Counted from the stretch's first letter, positions 15,565-25,371 are shown. The stretch: 32,000 nt of DNA from Candidatus Saccharimonadota bacterium (GCA_023898425.1 CP060222.1:1000801-1032800); one strand, 5' to 3'. The notes: generated from the letters alone by a model not told the origin. Program-made: numbers and translations.

Positions 15565-16236
15565 ATGAAATTTACCTTCTCTCCATCGGCAACAAGCGAA
15601 GATAAATCGCTTGCAGTAGAAAAACTCATTACGCATAGTACGCCTAGCTCAGATTTTTATGTCATGGTGATTTTGGCGATCGCGATGGCTACCATCGGTT
15701 TATTGTTAGACAGCGCCTCGATTATTATCGGAAGCATGCTAATCTCGCCCATGCTCTATGTCTTTTTAAGTCTTTCATTGGGCTTTAGTTTATCGGATAA
15801 AAAACTCATCAGAAGGTCTGCGATCTCGATTATTAAGGCAACGGTTGTAGGTATCATTATTTCAGCGTTGATCACCTTATTTGTGAGGGATGTGACAAAT
15901 ACGTCTGAGATCCTTGCTCGTACTAATCCTTCTCTCGCGTATGCAGCGGCGGCTTTTATTGCAGGATTCGCAGCGGCATTTACACTCACCAAACCTACGT
16001 TAAGTGAAACATTGCCTGGTGTTGCTATTGCTGTTTCTATCATCCCTCCGGTTGCTGTTTCTGGTATTGGGCTTGCGACGCTCCAGTGGTCATTATTTCG
16101 CGGATCTATTGTCCTCTTTATCATTAATATGGTATCTGTTTTTACTGGTAGCTTGGTTCTTTTTCTTTTATTGGATATTCATTCAAAAAAAGACGTTGCC
16201 CAACAAACGTTAAAAGAAGAAGATAAAAAGCTTTAG
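15565..16236 (+). CDS. DUF389-family membrane protein
   Basis: Hydrophobic protein with 'IIGSMLISPML', resembling the DUF389 signature (xIGAMLIAPLMxP). It follows the antiporter after a 6-nt gap. Confidence 0.5.
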   Translation: MKFTFSPSATSEDKSLAVEKLITHSTPSSDFYVMVILAIAMATIGLLLDSASIIIGSMLISPMLYVFLSLSLGFSLSDKKLIRRSAISIIKATVVGIIISALITLFVRDVTNTSEILARTNPSLAYAAAAFIAGFAAAFTLTKPTLSETLPGVAIAVSIIPPVAVSGIGLATLQWSLFRGSIVLFIINMVSVFTGSLVLFLLLDIHSKKDVAQQTLKEEDKKL

Positions 16237-16308
16237 GAGATATTGTCAAAAATCACCCTATATTCTAGGGTGATTTTGATTTGGACTTTCGCAACTGTCG
16301 GAGGAATC

Positions 16309-17082
16309 ATGCGTCCATATATCGGAATTACGGATTTTACTACATCCGAGCAAGTTGATTTGTTGATGCGTTACTTTGAGGATTATCCAAACACGAAGCG
16401 AATGCTTCATGTTGGTGTCATGACAAGCTATAAACAGCTGCACGGATTACCAAGTAAATGGCAAAACGTGTTTCCGAAGCCATCGGAAATCGCGGATATT
16501 TTTCAACGAGACGATGTCTATAATTGTTTGCACTATGCTGACTATGATGGGCATCCAGGTCTACGACAAACGCTCGGCAAAGCCATCATTAGCGGTGGTC
16601 CAAAACTACATTCGTTGCAATTGGATATGATTTGGCCTGATCCAGATGCTATTCGAAGCGCGATCGAAGACACAGGTAATGTCACTGATGTGATCTTGCA
16701 AATCAATAAGTTTGCCATGGGGCAATGCCAGGAGCAGCCACATTTGGTTGCGAGGCGATTGAAAAGTTATCAAGGGATCGTCACGAGGGTTCTGCTTGAT
16801 AAGAGCATGGGCCGTGGCGCTGGGCTTGATGCAAGACTACTAACGACTTACGCTCGTGCTATTGTAGAAACCATTCCTGAGATTGGTCTTGGTGTCGCGG
16901 GAGGACTTGGTCCAAGCACTCTCTATCTCCTGGACCCGCTCATCAAAGCGTTTCCAAATATTAGTATCGACGCACAAAGTCGACTTCGACCGAGTGGTAG
17001 CGCGCTTGCTGAGCCTATCGACTGGGATATGGCTGGACTCTACCTCAAACGTAGCATCGAGTATTTCGCTGCAAATGCCTGA
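16309..17082 (+). CDS. TIM-barrel protein resembling phosphoribosylanthranilate isomerase (TrpF-like)
   Basis: The ATG at 16309 is preceded by GGAGGAATC. The pattern 'IGITDF...HVGVM...LQLDMIWPDP...VLLDKSMGRGAGLD...LGVAGGLGPSTL...ISIDAQSRLR' follows the PRAI strand and loop order. The ORF track's TTG start at 16243 is less likely. Confidence 0.4.
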   Translation: MRPYIGITDFTTSEQVDLLMRYFEDYPNTKRMLHVGVMTSYKQLHGLPSKWQNVFPKPSEIADIFQRDDVYNCLHYADYDGHPGLRQTLGKAIISGGPKLHSLQLDMIWPDPDAIRSAIEDTGNVTDVILQINKFAMGQCQEQPHLVARRLKSYQGIVTRVLLDKSMGRGAGLDARLLTTYARAIVETIPEIGLGVAGGLGPSTLYLLDPLIKAFPNISIDAQSRLRPSGSALAEPIDWDMAGLYLKRSIEYFAANA

Positions 17083-17088
17083 TGATAC

Positions 17089-17126
17089 CCCTACTTACGT
17101 AACGGTAAGTGGGGGTTATTTCTTTA
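17089..17126 (+). terminator. Rho-independent terminator
   Basis: 11-bp stem cccctacttac/gtaagtggggg followed by a T-rich tail. Confidence 0.65.
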
Positions 17127-17157
17127 CAAAAAACCTAAAATGGAGTATTTATCAGCC

Positions 17158-18159
17158 ATGAAATACCAGGTGCTACTCTTCTATAAGTACGTCACTATTG
17201 CTGATCCGCAGGCTTTTGCTGAGTGGATACGTGAACGTGGCACAACGCTCGGTTTTAAGGGTAGAATTTTGGTTGCTGAAGAAGGGTTAAACGGTATTCT
17301 TGAAGGTGAGATATCTCAAACAGAGATCTTTGCGAAAGAACTTCTTGAGAACCCGTTATTTTCTGACATGAACATTAAGCGTAGCGAAGGCAATGGGGAG
17401 GCATTTCCTCGTTGGTCGGTGAAGGTGCGTCATGAAATCGTTGGTACACAGTTTTCTTATGATGAGGCAGATCCACGTGTTCGCACAGCGCCGCATCTTT
17501 CTCCAGAAAAGTTACGCGAGATGTATGAACGCGACGAAGATTTTATCGTGGTTGATATGCGTAACTCTTTTGAGATCGCCTCAGGTAAATTTAAGAAGAC
17601 GGTAGACCCTGGAATGGTCGCATCACGTGATTTAAAAGAAGCCGTCGTAAAGCTCGAAAAATATAAAGACAAAAAAGTCATCACCGTTTGTACGGGTGGC
17701 GTGCGTTGCGAAAAAATGTCAGCTTATCTTTTAAGTAAAGGCTTTAAGGATGTATATCAGCTAGAGAACGGTATCCATGCCTATATGGAAAAGTATCCGG
17801 GCAAAGATTTTATGGGCGCGCTTTATACCTTTGATGATCGTATCGTAATGGACTTTGGAGGAGATCGCGAAATCATTGGTGAATGTCATCTTTGTAAAGA
17901 AAAAACGGAGCGCTATATCAATTGTGCGAATGATGAATGTCACTTACATATTCTCGTTTGTGAGACTTGTTCGCCCGATCGTAAAAACGCGTATTGCTCA
18001 AAAAAGTGCAAAGCCCATAACGCGGCACTTGCACGTAAGGCAAAGCTCGATGCCTGGTTAGCACCAGCAAAAAAGCAACTTCAACGTTTACGTTATCGTG
18101 CTATCAAGCGTTATCACCGAGCCCTGTGGTTCATTCGTCGTTTGAAAAAATCCGCCTAG
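17158..18159 (+). CDS. trhO: Rhodanese-domain tRNA uridine(34) hydroxylase (UPF0176/YceA family)
   Basis: 'YQVLLFYKYVTIADPQ...GRILVAEEGLNGILEG' plus the rhodanese active-site loop 'CTGGVRCEKMSAYL', and a C-terminal Cys-rich tail. An alternative start is at 17140. Confidence 0.8.
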   Translation: MKYQVLLFYKYVTIADPQAFAEWIRERGTTLGFKGRILVAEEGLNGILEGEISQTEIFAKELLENPLFSDMNIKRSEGNGEAFPRWSVKVRHEIVGTQFSYDEADPRVRTAPHLSPEKLREMYERDEDFIVVDMRNSFEIASGKFKKTVDPGMVASRDLKEAVVKLEKYKDKKVITVCTGGVRCEKMSAYLLSKGFKDVYQLENGIHAYMEKYPGKDFMGALYTFDDRIVMDFGGDREIIGECHLCKEKTERYINCANDECHLHILVCETCSPDRKNAYCSKKCKAHNAALARKAKLDAWLAPAKKQLQRLRYRAIKRYHRALWFIRRLKKSA

Positions 18160-18171
18160 GCGGATTTTTTG
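18145..18171 (+). terminator. Rho-independent terminator overlapping the trhO stop codon
   Basis: aaaaaatccgcc-taggcggatttttt perfect hairpin with a T-run. Confidence 0.75.
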
Positions 18172-18192
18172 TTTGATTGCTATAGTGTGCTC

Positions 18193-20133
18193 ATGAAACA
18201 CGACCAGCATGTCATGCCAGCGCAACATGACCATCGCTCTACAGCAAAAGTAGCAAAACACGAGCTCTGGGTATCCGGATTGATATTTGTCTATGTAATG
18301 ACAGCAATGATATTGCCGATACCACTTTGGTCCGTTATTGTTTTGGGTTGGTATGTTGTCCTAAAAAGCGGCTGGACATTTCATATGCGCGCTATTCAGG
18401 CGATACAAAATAGACGGGCAAACATGGATGTTTTGGTATCGATGGCAACGTTATCAGCGATGATTTGGAGTACGACAGCCTTGTTTGTCCCGCAACCACA
18501 TTTTGTTGAGAGTGCCGCCGCTATTATCTTCTTTGTATTGCTTGGAATCTATTTAGAGGATCGTCAGCGTAGCAATGTTCGAGAAGCTGTAGGGCTTTTA
18601 TTTGCGCAACATCCCGTCTTGGCGCATCGTAAGCAAGATGATGGTAGTTGGTATGATCTTGCTGCGGCAAATTTACGAGTTGGTGATATTTGTTTAGTAA
18701 AAACAAGTGAGACGGTTCCACAAGATGGTGTTGTTATAAGTGGTCATTCGACGGTAGATGAATCAATGTTTACGGGCGAGTCACTACCTTCAGAAAAACA
18801 ACGAGGTGACACGGTATACGGAGGGACTATTAATAGCACCGGTTCATTTGAGATGGAGGTGAGTGCCGAAGCGGGGATGGGTGTTTTTGATCAAATGGTG
18901 CAAATTGTAGAAAAGGCACTGGCGAGCAAAGCCCCAATTGAGAAACTCGCAGATCGTATTAGCGCGGTATTCGTTCCTATTGTCATCGTTTTTGCTACCG
19001 TGACGTTAATTCTTTGGTTGTATGTTTCTAATGATTCTGCGATGGCAGTACGTAATGCCATTGCCGTACTTGTTATTGCTTGTCCATGTGCATTAGGTAT
19101 CGCTACGCCTGCTGCAGTACTTGTTGGTACCGGAGCTGGCGCTAAAAAAGGTATCTTTATTAAAGAAGGGTCTGCGCTCGAAGCGGCAAAAGATATTGAT
19201 CTTGTTCTTTTTGATAAAACAGGAACGTTAACCGAAGGTCATCCATCGGTGACAGATACTTTTGTGATAGATGGCCAATCAGAAAAGCTTGTATTATTGC
19301 TTGCAGCAAGTTTAGAGTCCCGTTCTGAACACCCACTCGGTGGTGCGATCATTGAATCGCAGAAGAACATGAATGAGCCCCTTCTATCAATTGAACAGTA
19401 TGAGGCAATACCAGGGCGTGGTCTCAAAGGTGAATATGAAGGTAAGACGTTGCTTGTAGGTAAAGAATCGTTAATCACGGATACTTCTATTGCTATTGAT
19501 GCTGGTTTCCAGAAAAAGACCGAGCAGGCAAGAGCGCTTGGTAAGACGGTTGTTTTTGTTGCGTATGATGGTGCGCTTATTGGCGCCATTGCGATCGCAG
19601 ACCGTATACGCGAGGATGCAAAGATCGCCGTTGAGCGCTTGCGGGCCATGGATATTGATGTGGCATTAGTGACGGGTGATCATGAGGCTTCTGCTCAAGC
19701 GGTAGCGGCACAGGTCGGTATCACACAAGTATTAGCAGATACATTGCCAACAAAAAAAGCTGAGGTGGTAACAAAACTTATTGAGAAGGGGCATCATGTC
19801 GCTTTTGTAGGGGATGGTGTGAATGATGCACCAGCCCTTGCTTCGGCAAATCTCGGTATTGCAATGGGGAGTGGTACCGATATCGCCAAAGCTGCCGGAC
19901 AAATGGTATTGATGGGAGGTTCACCTTCAAAGGCAGCGGATGCGATAATTCTTTCGCGTTTCACGTTTCAGACGATTAAACAAAATCTCTTCTGGGCTTT
20001 TGGTTATAATGTCGTCGGTCTCGGATTAGCTGCTTTTGGATATGTTCATCCGGCTGTTGCGGGGCTCGCAATGGCGCTTTCGAGCATTAGTGTATTGCTA
20101 AATAGCTTACGAGTGGCGAAGGCGCACCATTGA
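18193..20133 (+). CDS. copA: Heavy-metal (Cu+/Ag+-type) P1B-type ATPase without N-terminal HMA domain
   Basis: 'CPCALGIATP', 'DKTGTLT', 'GDGVNDAPAL' and 'TGES'. The ATG at 18193 is preferred because the track's start at 18169 lies inside the upstream terminator. The N-terminus is His-rich: 'MKHDQHVMPAQHDH'. Confidence 0.85.
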   Translation: MKHDQHVMPAQHDHRSTAKVAKHELWVSGLIFVYVMTAMILPIPLWSVIVLGWYVVLKSGWTFHMRAIQAIQNRRANMDVLVSMATLSAMIWSTTALFVPQPHFVESAAAIIFFVLLGIYLEDRQRSNVREAVGLLFAQHPVLAHRKQDDGSWYDLAAANLRVGDICLVKTSETVPQDGVVISGHSTVDESMFTGESLPSEKQRGDTVYGGTINSTGSFEMEVSAEAGMGVFDQMVQIVEKALASKAPIEKLADRISAVFVPIVIVFATVTLILWLYVSNDSAMAVRNAIAVLVIACPCALGIATPAAVLVGTGAGAKKGIFIKEGSALEAAKDIDLVLFDKTGTLTEGHPSVTDTFVIDGQSEKLVLLLAASLESRSEHPLGGAIIESQKNMNEPLLSIEQYEAIPGRGLKGEYEGKTLLVGKESLITDTSIAIDAGFQKKTEQARALGKTVVFVAYDGALIGAIAIADRIREDAKIAVERLRAMDIDVALVTGDHEASAQAVAAQVGITQVLADTLPTKKAEVVTKLIEKGHHVAFVGDGVNDAPALASANLGIAMGSGTDIAKAAGQMVLMGGSPSKAADAIILSRFTFQTIKQNLFWAFGYNVVGLGLAAFGYVHPAVAGLAMALSSISVLLNSLRVAKAHH

Positions 20134-20175
20134 AAAAAGAAGAGGTCTGTGTTATGAACGCGCTGGAGGTGTCCA

Positions 20176-20745
20176 ATGGCAGACGTGTCCACTGAATGTT
20201 CAGAGGCGAAGAATGAAGATCGAGAGATCGATTTATCGCATAACCAAAAAAATCTCATATGGATGCTGTTTATCGGATATTACTTAACTGAGATAGCAGT
20301 TTTTGAGCTCTTGGTTTTACTGAGTGTTTTTTCATCCGATTTGCTCTTTCCTCTAAGCGCGCTCAGTGTTGTCGCTATAATTGCTTGGTGGATAATCCCT
20401 GGTCAAAATGGCTTTTTGGGACTATGGGACACGGGTATTGAATGTTGGACTACACTTTTTTGGCAACAGGTTGTTCTTTCAGCGCTTAGCGGGTGGCTAA
20501 GCCTCATTGCTTTGTTCCTTCTTCACCTGCCTTTTTTTGTGATGAATGAAGATGTTAGCATATCAGACACTTTCTTTCGAGAATGGTTGTACTCCAATTT
20601 TCACATCGTGCTAACTCTCGTTCTCCTCTGCGTCCTAAAATACAAAGGTCTGTTCTCAGAAAAAGCGAGCAGAGAATCTTTTGTATATTTTATGTTCATT
20701 TTTGGCTTCAGAACATTCTTCGTTCTAAGCAGAAGTCTCTTTTGA
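20176..20745 (+). CDS. Hypothetical membrane protein
   Basis: 189-aa ORF with ~5 hydrophobic helices. No recognisable motif. Confidence 0.45.
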   Translation: MADVSTECSEAKNEDREIDLSHNQKNLIWMLFIGYYLTEIAVFELLVLLSVFSSDLLFPLSALSVVAIIAWWIIPGQNGFLGLWDTGIECWTTLFWQQVVLSALSGWLSLIALFLLHLPFFVMNEDVSISDTFFREWLYSNFHIVLTLVLLCVLKYKGLFSEKASRESFVYFMFIFGFRTFFVLSRSLF

Positions 20746-20790
20746 CAGACTCTACGCGATGAGGTATTTTCTGGTCTTAAACCAGGAGAT

Positions 20791-21204
20791 ATGTCATCGC
20801 TTTTTCAGATTAGTGAAAAACAGCACCTCGGTGCGTTATTTCTTACAAAACTCGCGTCTTTAGATGAGGGGGTCTATTTGCGTATTAGTGATGCTGCTAA
20901 AGAAATGAAGGCTTCTGAGTCGTATCTCGAAGAAGTGGCAGCCCTATTAAAAAAGGCTGAGCTTGTAAAAGCAAAAACTGGTCCTACCGGGGGATATCAG
21001 TTGGCAAAAATACCCGCAGAAATCACAACGCACGATATGGTGACAGCGCTCGAAGGCGAAGTTTCTCTCGTGCCTTGTCTTTCTCATCAAAAGGGATTGT
21101 GCGGAATGGAAGCAGGCTGCAAGAGTCGTTCGCTCTGGCATGGCTTACAAAAGAACATCGTTTCTTCGCTTCAATCAACGACGCTCGCTGACCTCATCAA
21201 ATAA
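20791..21204 (+). CDS. Rrf2-family transcriptional regulator (IscR/NsrR-like)
   Basis: 'ISDAAKEMKASESYLEEVAALLKKAELVKAKTGPTGGYQLAK' is an Rrf2-type wHTH. Cys residues at 'VPCLSHQKGLCGMEAGC'. It lies directly upstream of nifS. Confidence 0.8.
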   Translation: MSSLFQISEKQHLGALFLTKLASLDEGVYLRISDAAKEMKASESYLEEVAALLKKAELVKAKTGPTGGYQLAKIPAEITTHDMVTALEGEVSLVPCLSHQKGLCGMEAGCKSRSLWHGLQKNIVSSLQSTTLADLIK

Positions 21205-21205
21205 T

Positions 21206-22432
21206 ATGCAAAAAATCATTTACATGGATCACGCCGCTTCTACTCCGATGAGCTCGGAGGTACTTGAGGTGATGCGACCATACTTTACGGAAATCTACGG
21301 CAATCCATCATCGTTTCACTCCGTTGGGTTACAGGCAAAATCAGCGGTAGATGCATCACGTACAAAAATCGCTGAGATTTTACATGCGCATGCCGATGAA
21401 ATCTTATTTACCTCTGGTGGTACTGAGTCCGATAATATGGCGGTACTTGGTATTCCGCGTTTTTATAAAAAGAAGTTGAAAGAGTTATCGGGGGAAGAAG
21501 CGATTCCGCATGTCATCACTTCTGCTATTGAGCATCATGCTGTTCTTGAGCCATTGCTTTTGCTTGAGAAAAAAGGGGAGATCACGCTTACGCAAATTAA
21601 GCCGGATGAGTTTGGTCAAATTGATCCAAAAGACATTAAAGAAGCGCTTAAGCCCGAAACGGTTCTCATTAGTATCATGATGGCGAACAATGAAATCGGT
21701 ACCATTAATCCGATTGCGGATATTGGTCGTGTTGTTCTTGCTTGGCGCAAAGAGAAGTCTACGATTTTTCCGTTTTTTCACTCAGACGCGTGTCAGGCGA
21801 CGGGGGCAATTGAGTTAAATGTAGAGCAATTACATACCGATCTTCTCACGATCAATGGTTCAAAGATGTATGGACCAAAAGGTATTGGCGCATTGTACTT
21901 GCGTCGCGGAACACGTATTGATCCGCTTACGATTGGCGGAGGACAAGAGCGCGGTATGCGCGCTGGTACAGAAGCTGTGCCACTTATCGTCGGTTTTGCA
22001 AAAGCCCTTGAGCTTGCACAAGCCCATCGCGAAACAGAGTCTGCGCGTTTAACGGTGCTTCGTGATCAACTCGCAGAAGGTTTGCTCAAGATTCCAAAAA
22101 CGCGTCTTAATGGTCATCCTACCGAGCGATTACCGAATAGTGTGAATGTCTCTTTTCTTGATATTGAAGGTGAGGCTTGTATTCTTTATCTCGACGCCAA
22201 AGGAATCATGACTTCAACAGGTTCTGCTTGCGCATCGACATCGCTTGATCCATCACATGTCATTCTTGCTACCGGACTTTCGTATGAAGCAGCACATGGT
22301 TCTATACGATTTACCTTGGGTGCATCCAACACAAAAGAAGATGTTGAGTATGTACTCAGCGTAATGCCCGAGATTGTAGAAATGCTCCGTAAGATCAGTC
22401 CAACCAATTTAGACATGAAACACTTTACCTAA
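21206..22432 (+). CDS. nifS: Cysteine desulfurase (NifS/IscS class I)
   Basis: 'IYMDHAASTP', 'FTSGGTESDN', 'SDACQA', 'INGSKMYGPKGIGALY' (PLP lysine) and 'SSGSAC'-like 'STGSACAS'. The start at 21206 is 2 nt after the Rrf2 stop. The track's longer start at 21140 overlaps Rrf2. Confidence 0.9.
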   Translation: MQKIIYMDHAASTPMSSEVLEVMRPYFTEIYGNPSSFHSVGLQAKSAVDASRTKIAEILHAHADEILFTSGGTESDNMAVLGIPRFYKKKLKELSGEEAIPHVITSAIEHHAVLEPLLLLEKKGEITLTQIKPDEFGQIDPKDIKEALKPETVLISIMMANNEIGTINPIADIGRVVLAWRKEKSTIFPFFHSDACQATGAIELNVEQLHTDLLTINGSKMYGPKGIGALYLRRGTRIDPLTIGGGQERGMRAGTEAVPLIVGFAKALELAQAHRETESARLTVLRDQLAEGLLKIPKTRLNGHPTERLPNSVNVSFLDIEGEACILYLDAKGIMTSTGSACASTSLDPSHVILATGLSYEAAHGSIRFTLGASNTKEDVEYVLSVMPEIVEMLRKISPTNLDMKHFT

Positions 22433-22433
22433 T

Positions 22434-23117
22434 ATGGATCCAATCATTAAACCTACAAATGAAGAGCGCAAAGGCGATGTTGTAACACCAGCAGCGGATA
22501 AAGGCTGGTTTTACGCGGATGCCGTTAAGGAACATTTCTTTCGTCCAAAGAACTTTTTAGAAGGGGATGAAGTTGAGTACAAGGATGCGGCAATGGGTAT
22601 GGTGGGATCACCTGCATGTGGTGATGCAATGAAAGTGTGGATTCGTGTCCAAAAAGATAATGAAGGAAACGAACGCATCACAGATTTTAAATGGAAGACG
22701 TTTGGCTGCGCCTCGGCGATTGCTTCAACATCGATGATGTCAGTAATGGTCACAGAAAATGGTGGTATGACCGTTGAGCAAGCGCTTAAGCTTCGCCCAC
22801 AAGATATCATGGAGCGCCTCGGTGGTTTGCCTGCGCGCAAAGTTCATTGTTCTGTATTAGGTGATAAGGCATTGCGTTCTGCTATTAATGATTACTTTCG
22901 TAAGTCTGATCAACAAGAGCGCATTATTGTTGAACACGGTCGCATTATCGACAAAGTATTAAAGGTCACCGATCATGATATTGAAGAGGCGGTTCTTGAT
23001 GGCGCTCACACACTCGAACAAGTCCAAGCCAAGACAAAGGTAGGTACAGGTGACGCTTCTTGTATTCCAGAGGTCGAGCAACTTATTCGCTTTTACAAAG
23101 ATAAGTACTTCGGTTAA
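22434..23117 (+). CDS. nifU: NifU-like Fe-S scaffold (U-type domain + BFD-like [2Fe-2S] domain)
   Basis: Scaffold Cys motifs 'GSPACGDAMK', 'KTFGCASAIASTS' and 'KVHCSVLG'. The C-terminal 'VTDHDIEEAVLDGAHTLEQVQAKTKVGTGDASCIPEVEQLI' resembles a BFD-like domain. No C-terminal Nfu domain. Confidence 0.85.
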   Translation: MDPIIKPTNEERKGDVVTPAADKGWFYADAVKEHFFRPKNFLEGDEVEYKDAAMGMVGSPACGDAMKVWIRVQKDNEGNERITDFKWKTFGCASAIASTSMMSVMVTENGGMTVEQALKLRPQDIMERLGGLPARKVHCSVLGDKALRSAINDYFRKSDQQERIIVEHGRIIDKVLKVTDHDIEEAVLDGAHTLEQVQAKTKVGTGDASCIPEVEQLIRFYKDKYFG

Positions 23118-23131
23118 TATCCCATTCGTCT

Positions 23132-23359
23132 ATGGAAATAAAAAAAATTGGTAAAATTGTGGTTGATCGCGACGCATGTATCGGCGCTGCACCATGCGTC
23201 ACAGTAGCGCCGGGTGTTTTTCAACTTGATGAAGAAAATATTGCTTATGTCGTAGATCCAAAGGCTGCAGATGATGAAACAATTATGCTCGCAGCTCAAG
23301 CGTGTCCGGTGCAAGCGATTATTCTTTATGATGAAGAGGGTAATCAAATATTTCCTTAA
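23132..23359 (+). CDS. Small ferredoxin
   Basis: 75 aa. 'DRDACIGAAPCVTVAPGVF' and 'ACPVQAI' are ferredoxin cluster-binding motifs. Confidence 0.75.
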   Translation: MEIKKIGKIVVDRDACIGAAPCVTVAPGVFQLDEENIAYVVDPKAADDETIMLAAQACPVQAIILYDEEGNQIFP

Positions 23360-23380
23360 GGAAACATTTTAATAAACAAA

Positions 23381-23419
23381 AGAGCGCCCGGATCCAGGTT
23401 GGATCACGGGCGCTTTTTA
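23381..23419. terminator. Bidirectional terminator between convergent genes
   Basis: agcgcccg ... cgggcgct stem with an inner gatcc/ggatc stem, T-rich on both sides. Confidence 0.65.
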
Positions 23420-24100
23420 GTAGCCTCGGTTTGGGAGGTTTTTCGCAAACTCATAAGAAAAAGTCTGCAATTGAAATCCGAACTTACGGATATCCGCATG
23501 CTCATTCTCGAGCAAGAGATCGGAAATGCGTCCGAGCTCGACGATAAAAACGTCTGGAGCGTGAATGAAAGTCTCGACGGAGAGTCGGCTTTCAAACTGC
23601 GCGAGATCATCATGCAAGAGCTGAGCTACGCTCATGGCACTAGGTAGGTTCATGAGCTCATAACGAGCATCGATCGCTTCCTTATCAGCCTTGGCGAGTT
23701 CTTCGTTAAGCATCTCGATTATGCTTCGAGCGGTATCAACGTCAACTTCGTAAGTTTGTAGGAGTTTTTGATACTCTACATCCAGCGAAGTATAGTCAGT
23801 TCTTGATGCTTCAAGCTCTTCGTCAAGCTGAGCAATCAGTAGAGACTGCTCAATGAGCATGCGCCGAGCTTCTCTCTCGATATTCGCATGGATCAGCAAA
23901 AGGTTATTAAGCTTTTCTTTGCGAAGTAGCGCGAGAGTTTCGATATGTGCTTCTTCAAAAGACTTGGCACGGCGTTCAGCTTCATCAAGTCTTTGCTGCA
24001 TTTCTACGTAAGTAGGATGCGACTGAAAGGGCATGTCAGAAGCGTTTTCACCATCTCCGACAAGCCTTAAGGGCGGCTTATTGGCAGGATCTTTCGACAT
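23417..24100 (-). CDS. Coiled-coil hypothetical protein
   Basis: 227-aa ORF rich in E/L/A/R heptad-like sequence. No enzymatic motif. Confidence 0.5.
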   Translation of the reverse strand: MSKDPANKPPLRLVGDGENASDMPFQSHPTYVEMQQRLDEAERRAKSFEEAHIETLALLRKEKLNNLLLIHANIEREARRMLIEQSLLIAQLDEELEASRTDYTSLDVEYQKLLQTYEVDVDTARSIIEMLNEELAKADKEAIDARYELMNLPSAMSVAQLLHDDLAQFESRLSVETFIHAPDVFIVELGRISDLLLENEHADIRKFGFQLQTFSYEFAKNLPNRGY

Positions 24101-24180
24101 GGTAACTCCTTTAAGGTACGCTTCAGCGACACGCTGATATAGTTTTTATAGCAGTTTTTAGCGAAAAAGTCAAGATCATT

Positions 24181-25371
24181 CTAGACTTTTTCTAAGACGA
24201 TAAGCTGACGATGAACGTGTTGGTCGGCTCGACGATAGACAATAGGTTTTTCGTCATTACTCCATGCTTTAAGAGGATGGATGCGTTTATAGCCGGCTGC
24301 TAAAAGCTCTTCGTCAGTTAATTCAACGTAGTAAGGGCTGTTTTGTGACATCATGATTGGCCACGTGCAAACAATACGTCCGCCTATAGGTTGTAATGAC
24401 GACAAAATAGGCAAGGCTTCTTTCCAGAGCTTTGTTACATCAGCCTGATTTCGTTCTAAAAACTGAGGAGATTCATGACCTTTGAGTGGTTTGCCTAGAT
24501 ACCCTTCTGTAACGATCGTATCAAAAACGCTGCCCGAAATATGATGGCCAATTTCTTGTACCGGCGCATGAATAACAGAAATGTGTTCGCGTTCTTCGGT
24601 AGTGATGGATCCGCTCTTGCGTAGCCAGTCGAGATTCATTAAAGCGCCACCAACTTGTTTTTGGTCGATGTCTGATCCAGTGATTTTTATTGTTGGGTGA
24701 AGTAGAATCGCCTCCATTAGTACGGTGCCTGAGCCGCAAAAAGGATCAAGAAGAGCATTCTTCGGTTGAGCGATATTCACCATCATGCGTGCAAGCTTTG
24801 GCGGTAACATACCGGTGAGCGCGTCACGAAAAGGTTTGCCAAAATCACGGTCACCCCAGCTATCGGCGTGTTGCACTTGTGTTGTGAGTCCAATAATCGC
24901 TTGCTCACCGTCAAAACCGATAACAAAATCATAACCCTCGGTCGTGAGTTCGAGTTTTTCGACGGCGGCGGGGGAGATGGCATCATGACCTTTACCGCTC
25001 ATCCAACGAGACGATCGACCACGGCCTTTAAGGGCCTTTTTTACCTCCAGCGCAAGATGGCGAAAGGCTTTTTGTTGATTCGATGACCCACCAAACACGG
25101 TTAAGCCGTACACAATACGCGAAGCTCTAGGACGTTGTTCCATGAGCTCTGCGATATACTCGCCATTTAGTTCTTTCCAGGGGATGGTGGCTATAACTTC
25201 ACCGCATTTTGTAATGCCTGCAAGAGTGTTTTGTGCAACCGCTAAATCAAGATCAGCATCAAAAAAAGCGACTTGGTCACAGAGAAATGGCTTAGGTAAG
25301 CCATAAGTCTGTAATATTTCAGCTAGAGAGAGTCTAGGTTGAACGCCTAAAACGGCAAAAATGCGGTGCAT
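24181..25371 (-). CDS. SAM-dependent RNA (guanine-N2) methyltransferase-like protein, Trm11/UPF0020 family
   Basis: 'MLPPKLARMMVNIAQPKNALLDPFCGSGTVLMEAILL...ITGSDID' matches the UPF0020/Trm11 motif arrangement. An N-terminal ~170-aa substrate-binding-like domain is present. Confidence 0.65.
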   Translation of the reverse strand: MHRIFAVLGVQPRLSLAEILQTYGLPKPFLCDQVAFFDADLDLAVAQNTLAGITKCGEVIATIPWKELNGEYIAELMEQRPRASRIVYGLTVFGGSSNQQKAFRHLALEVKKALKGRGRSSRWMSGKGHDAISPAAVEKLELTTEGYDFVIGFDGEQAIIGLTTQVQHADSWGDRDFGKPFRDALTGMLPPKLARMMVNIAQPKNALLDPFCGSGTVLMEAILLHPTIKITGSDIDQKQVGGALMNLDWLRKSGSITTEEREHISVIHAPVQEIGHHISGSVFDTIVTEGYLGKPLKGHESPQFLERNQADVTKLWKEALPILSSLQPIGGRIVCTWPIMMSQNSPYYVELTDEELLAAGYKRIHPLKAWSNDEKPIVYRRADQHVHRQLIVLEKV

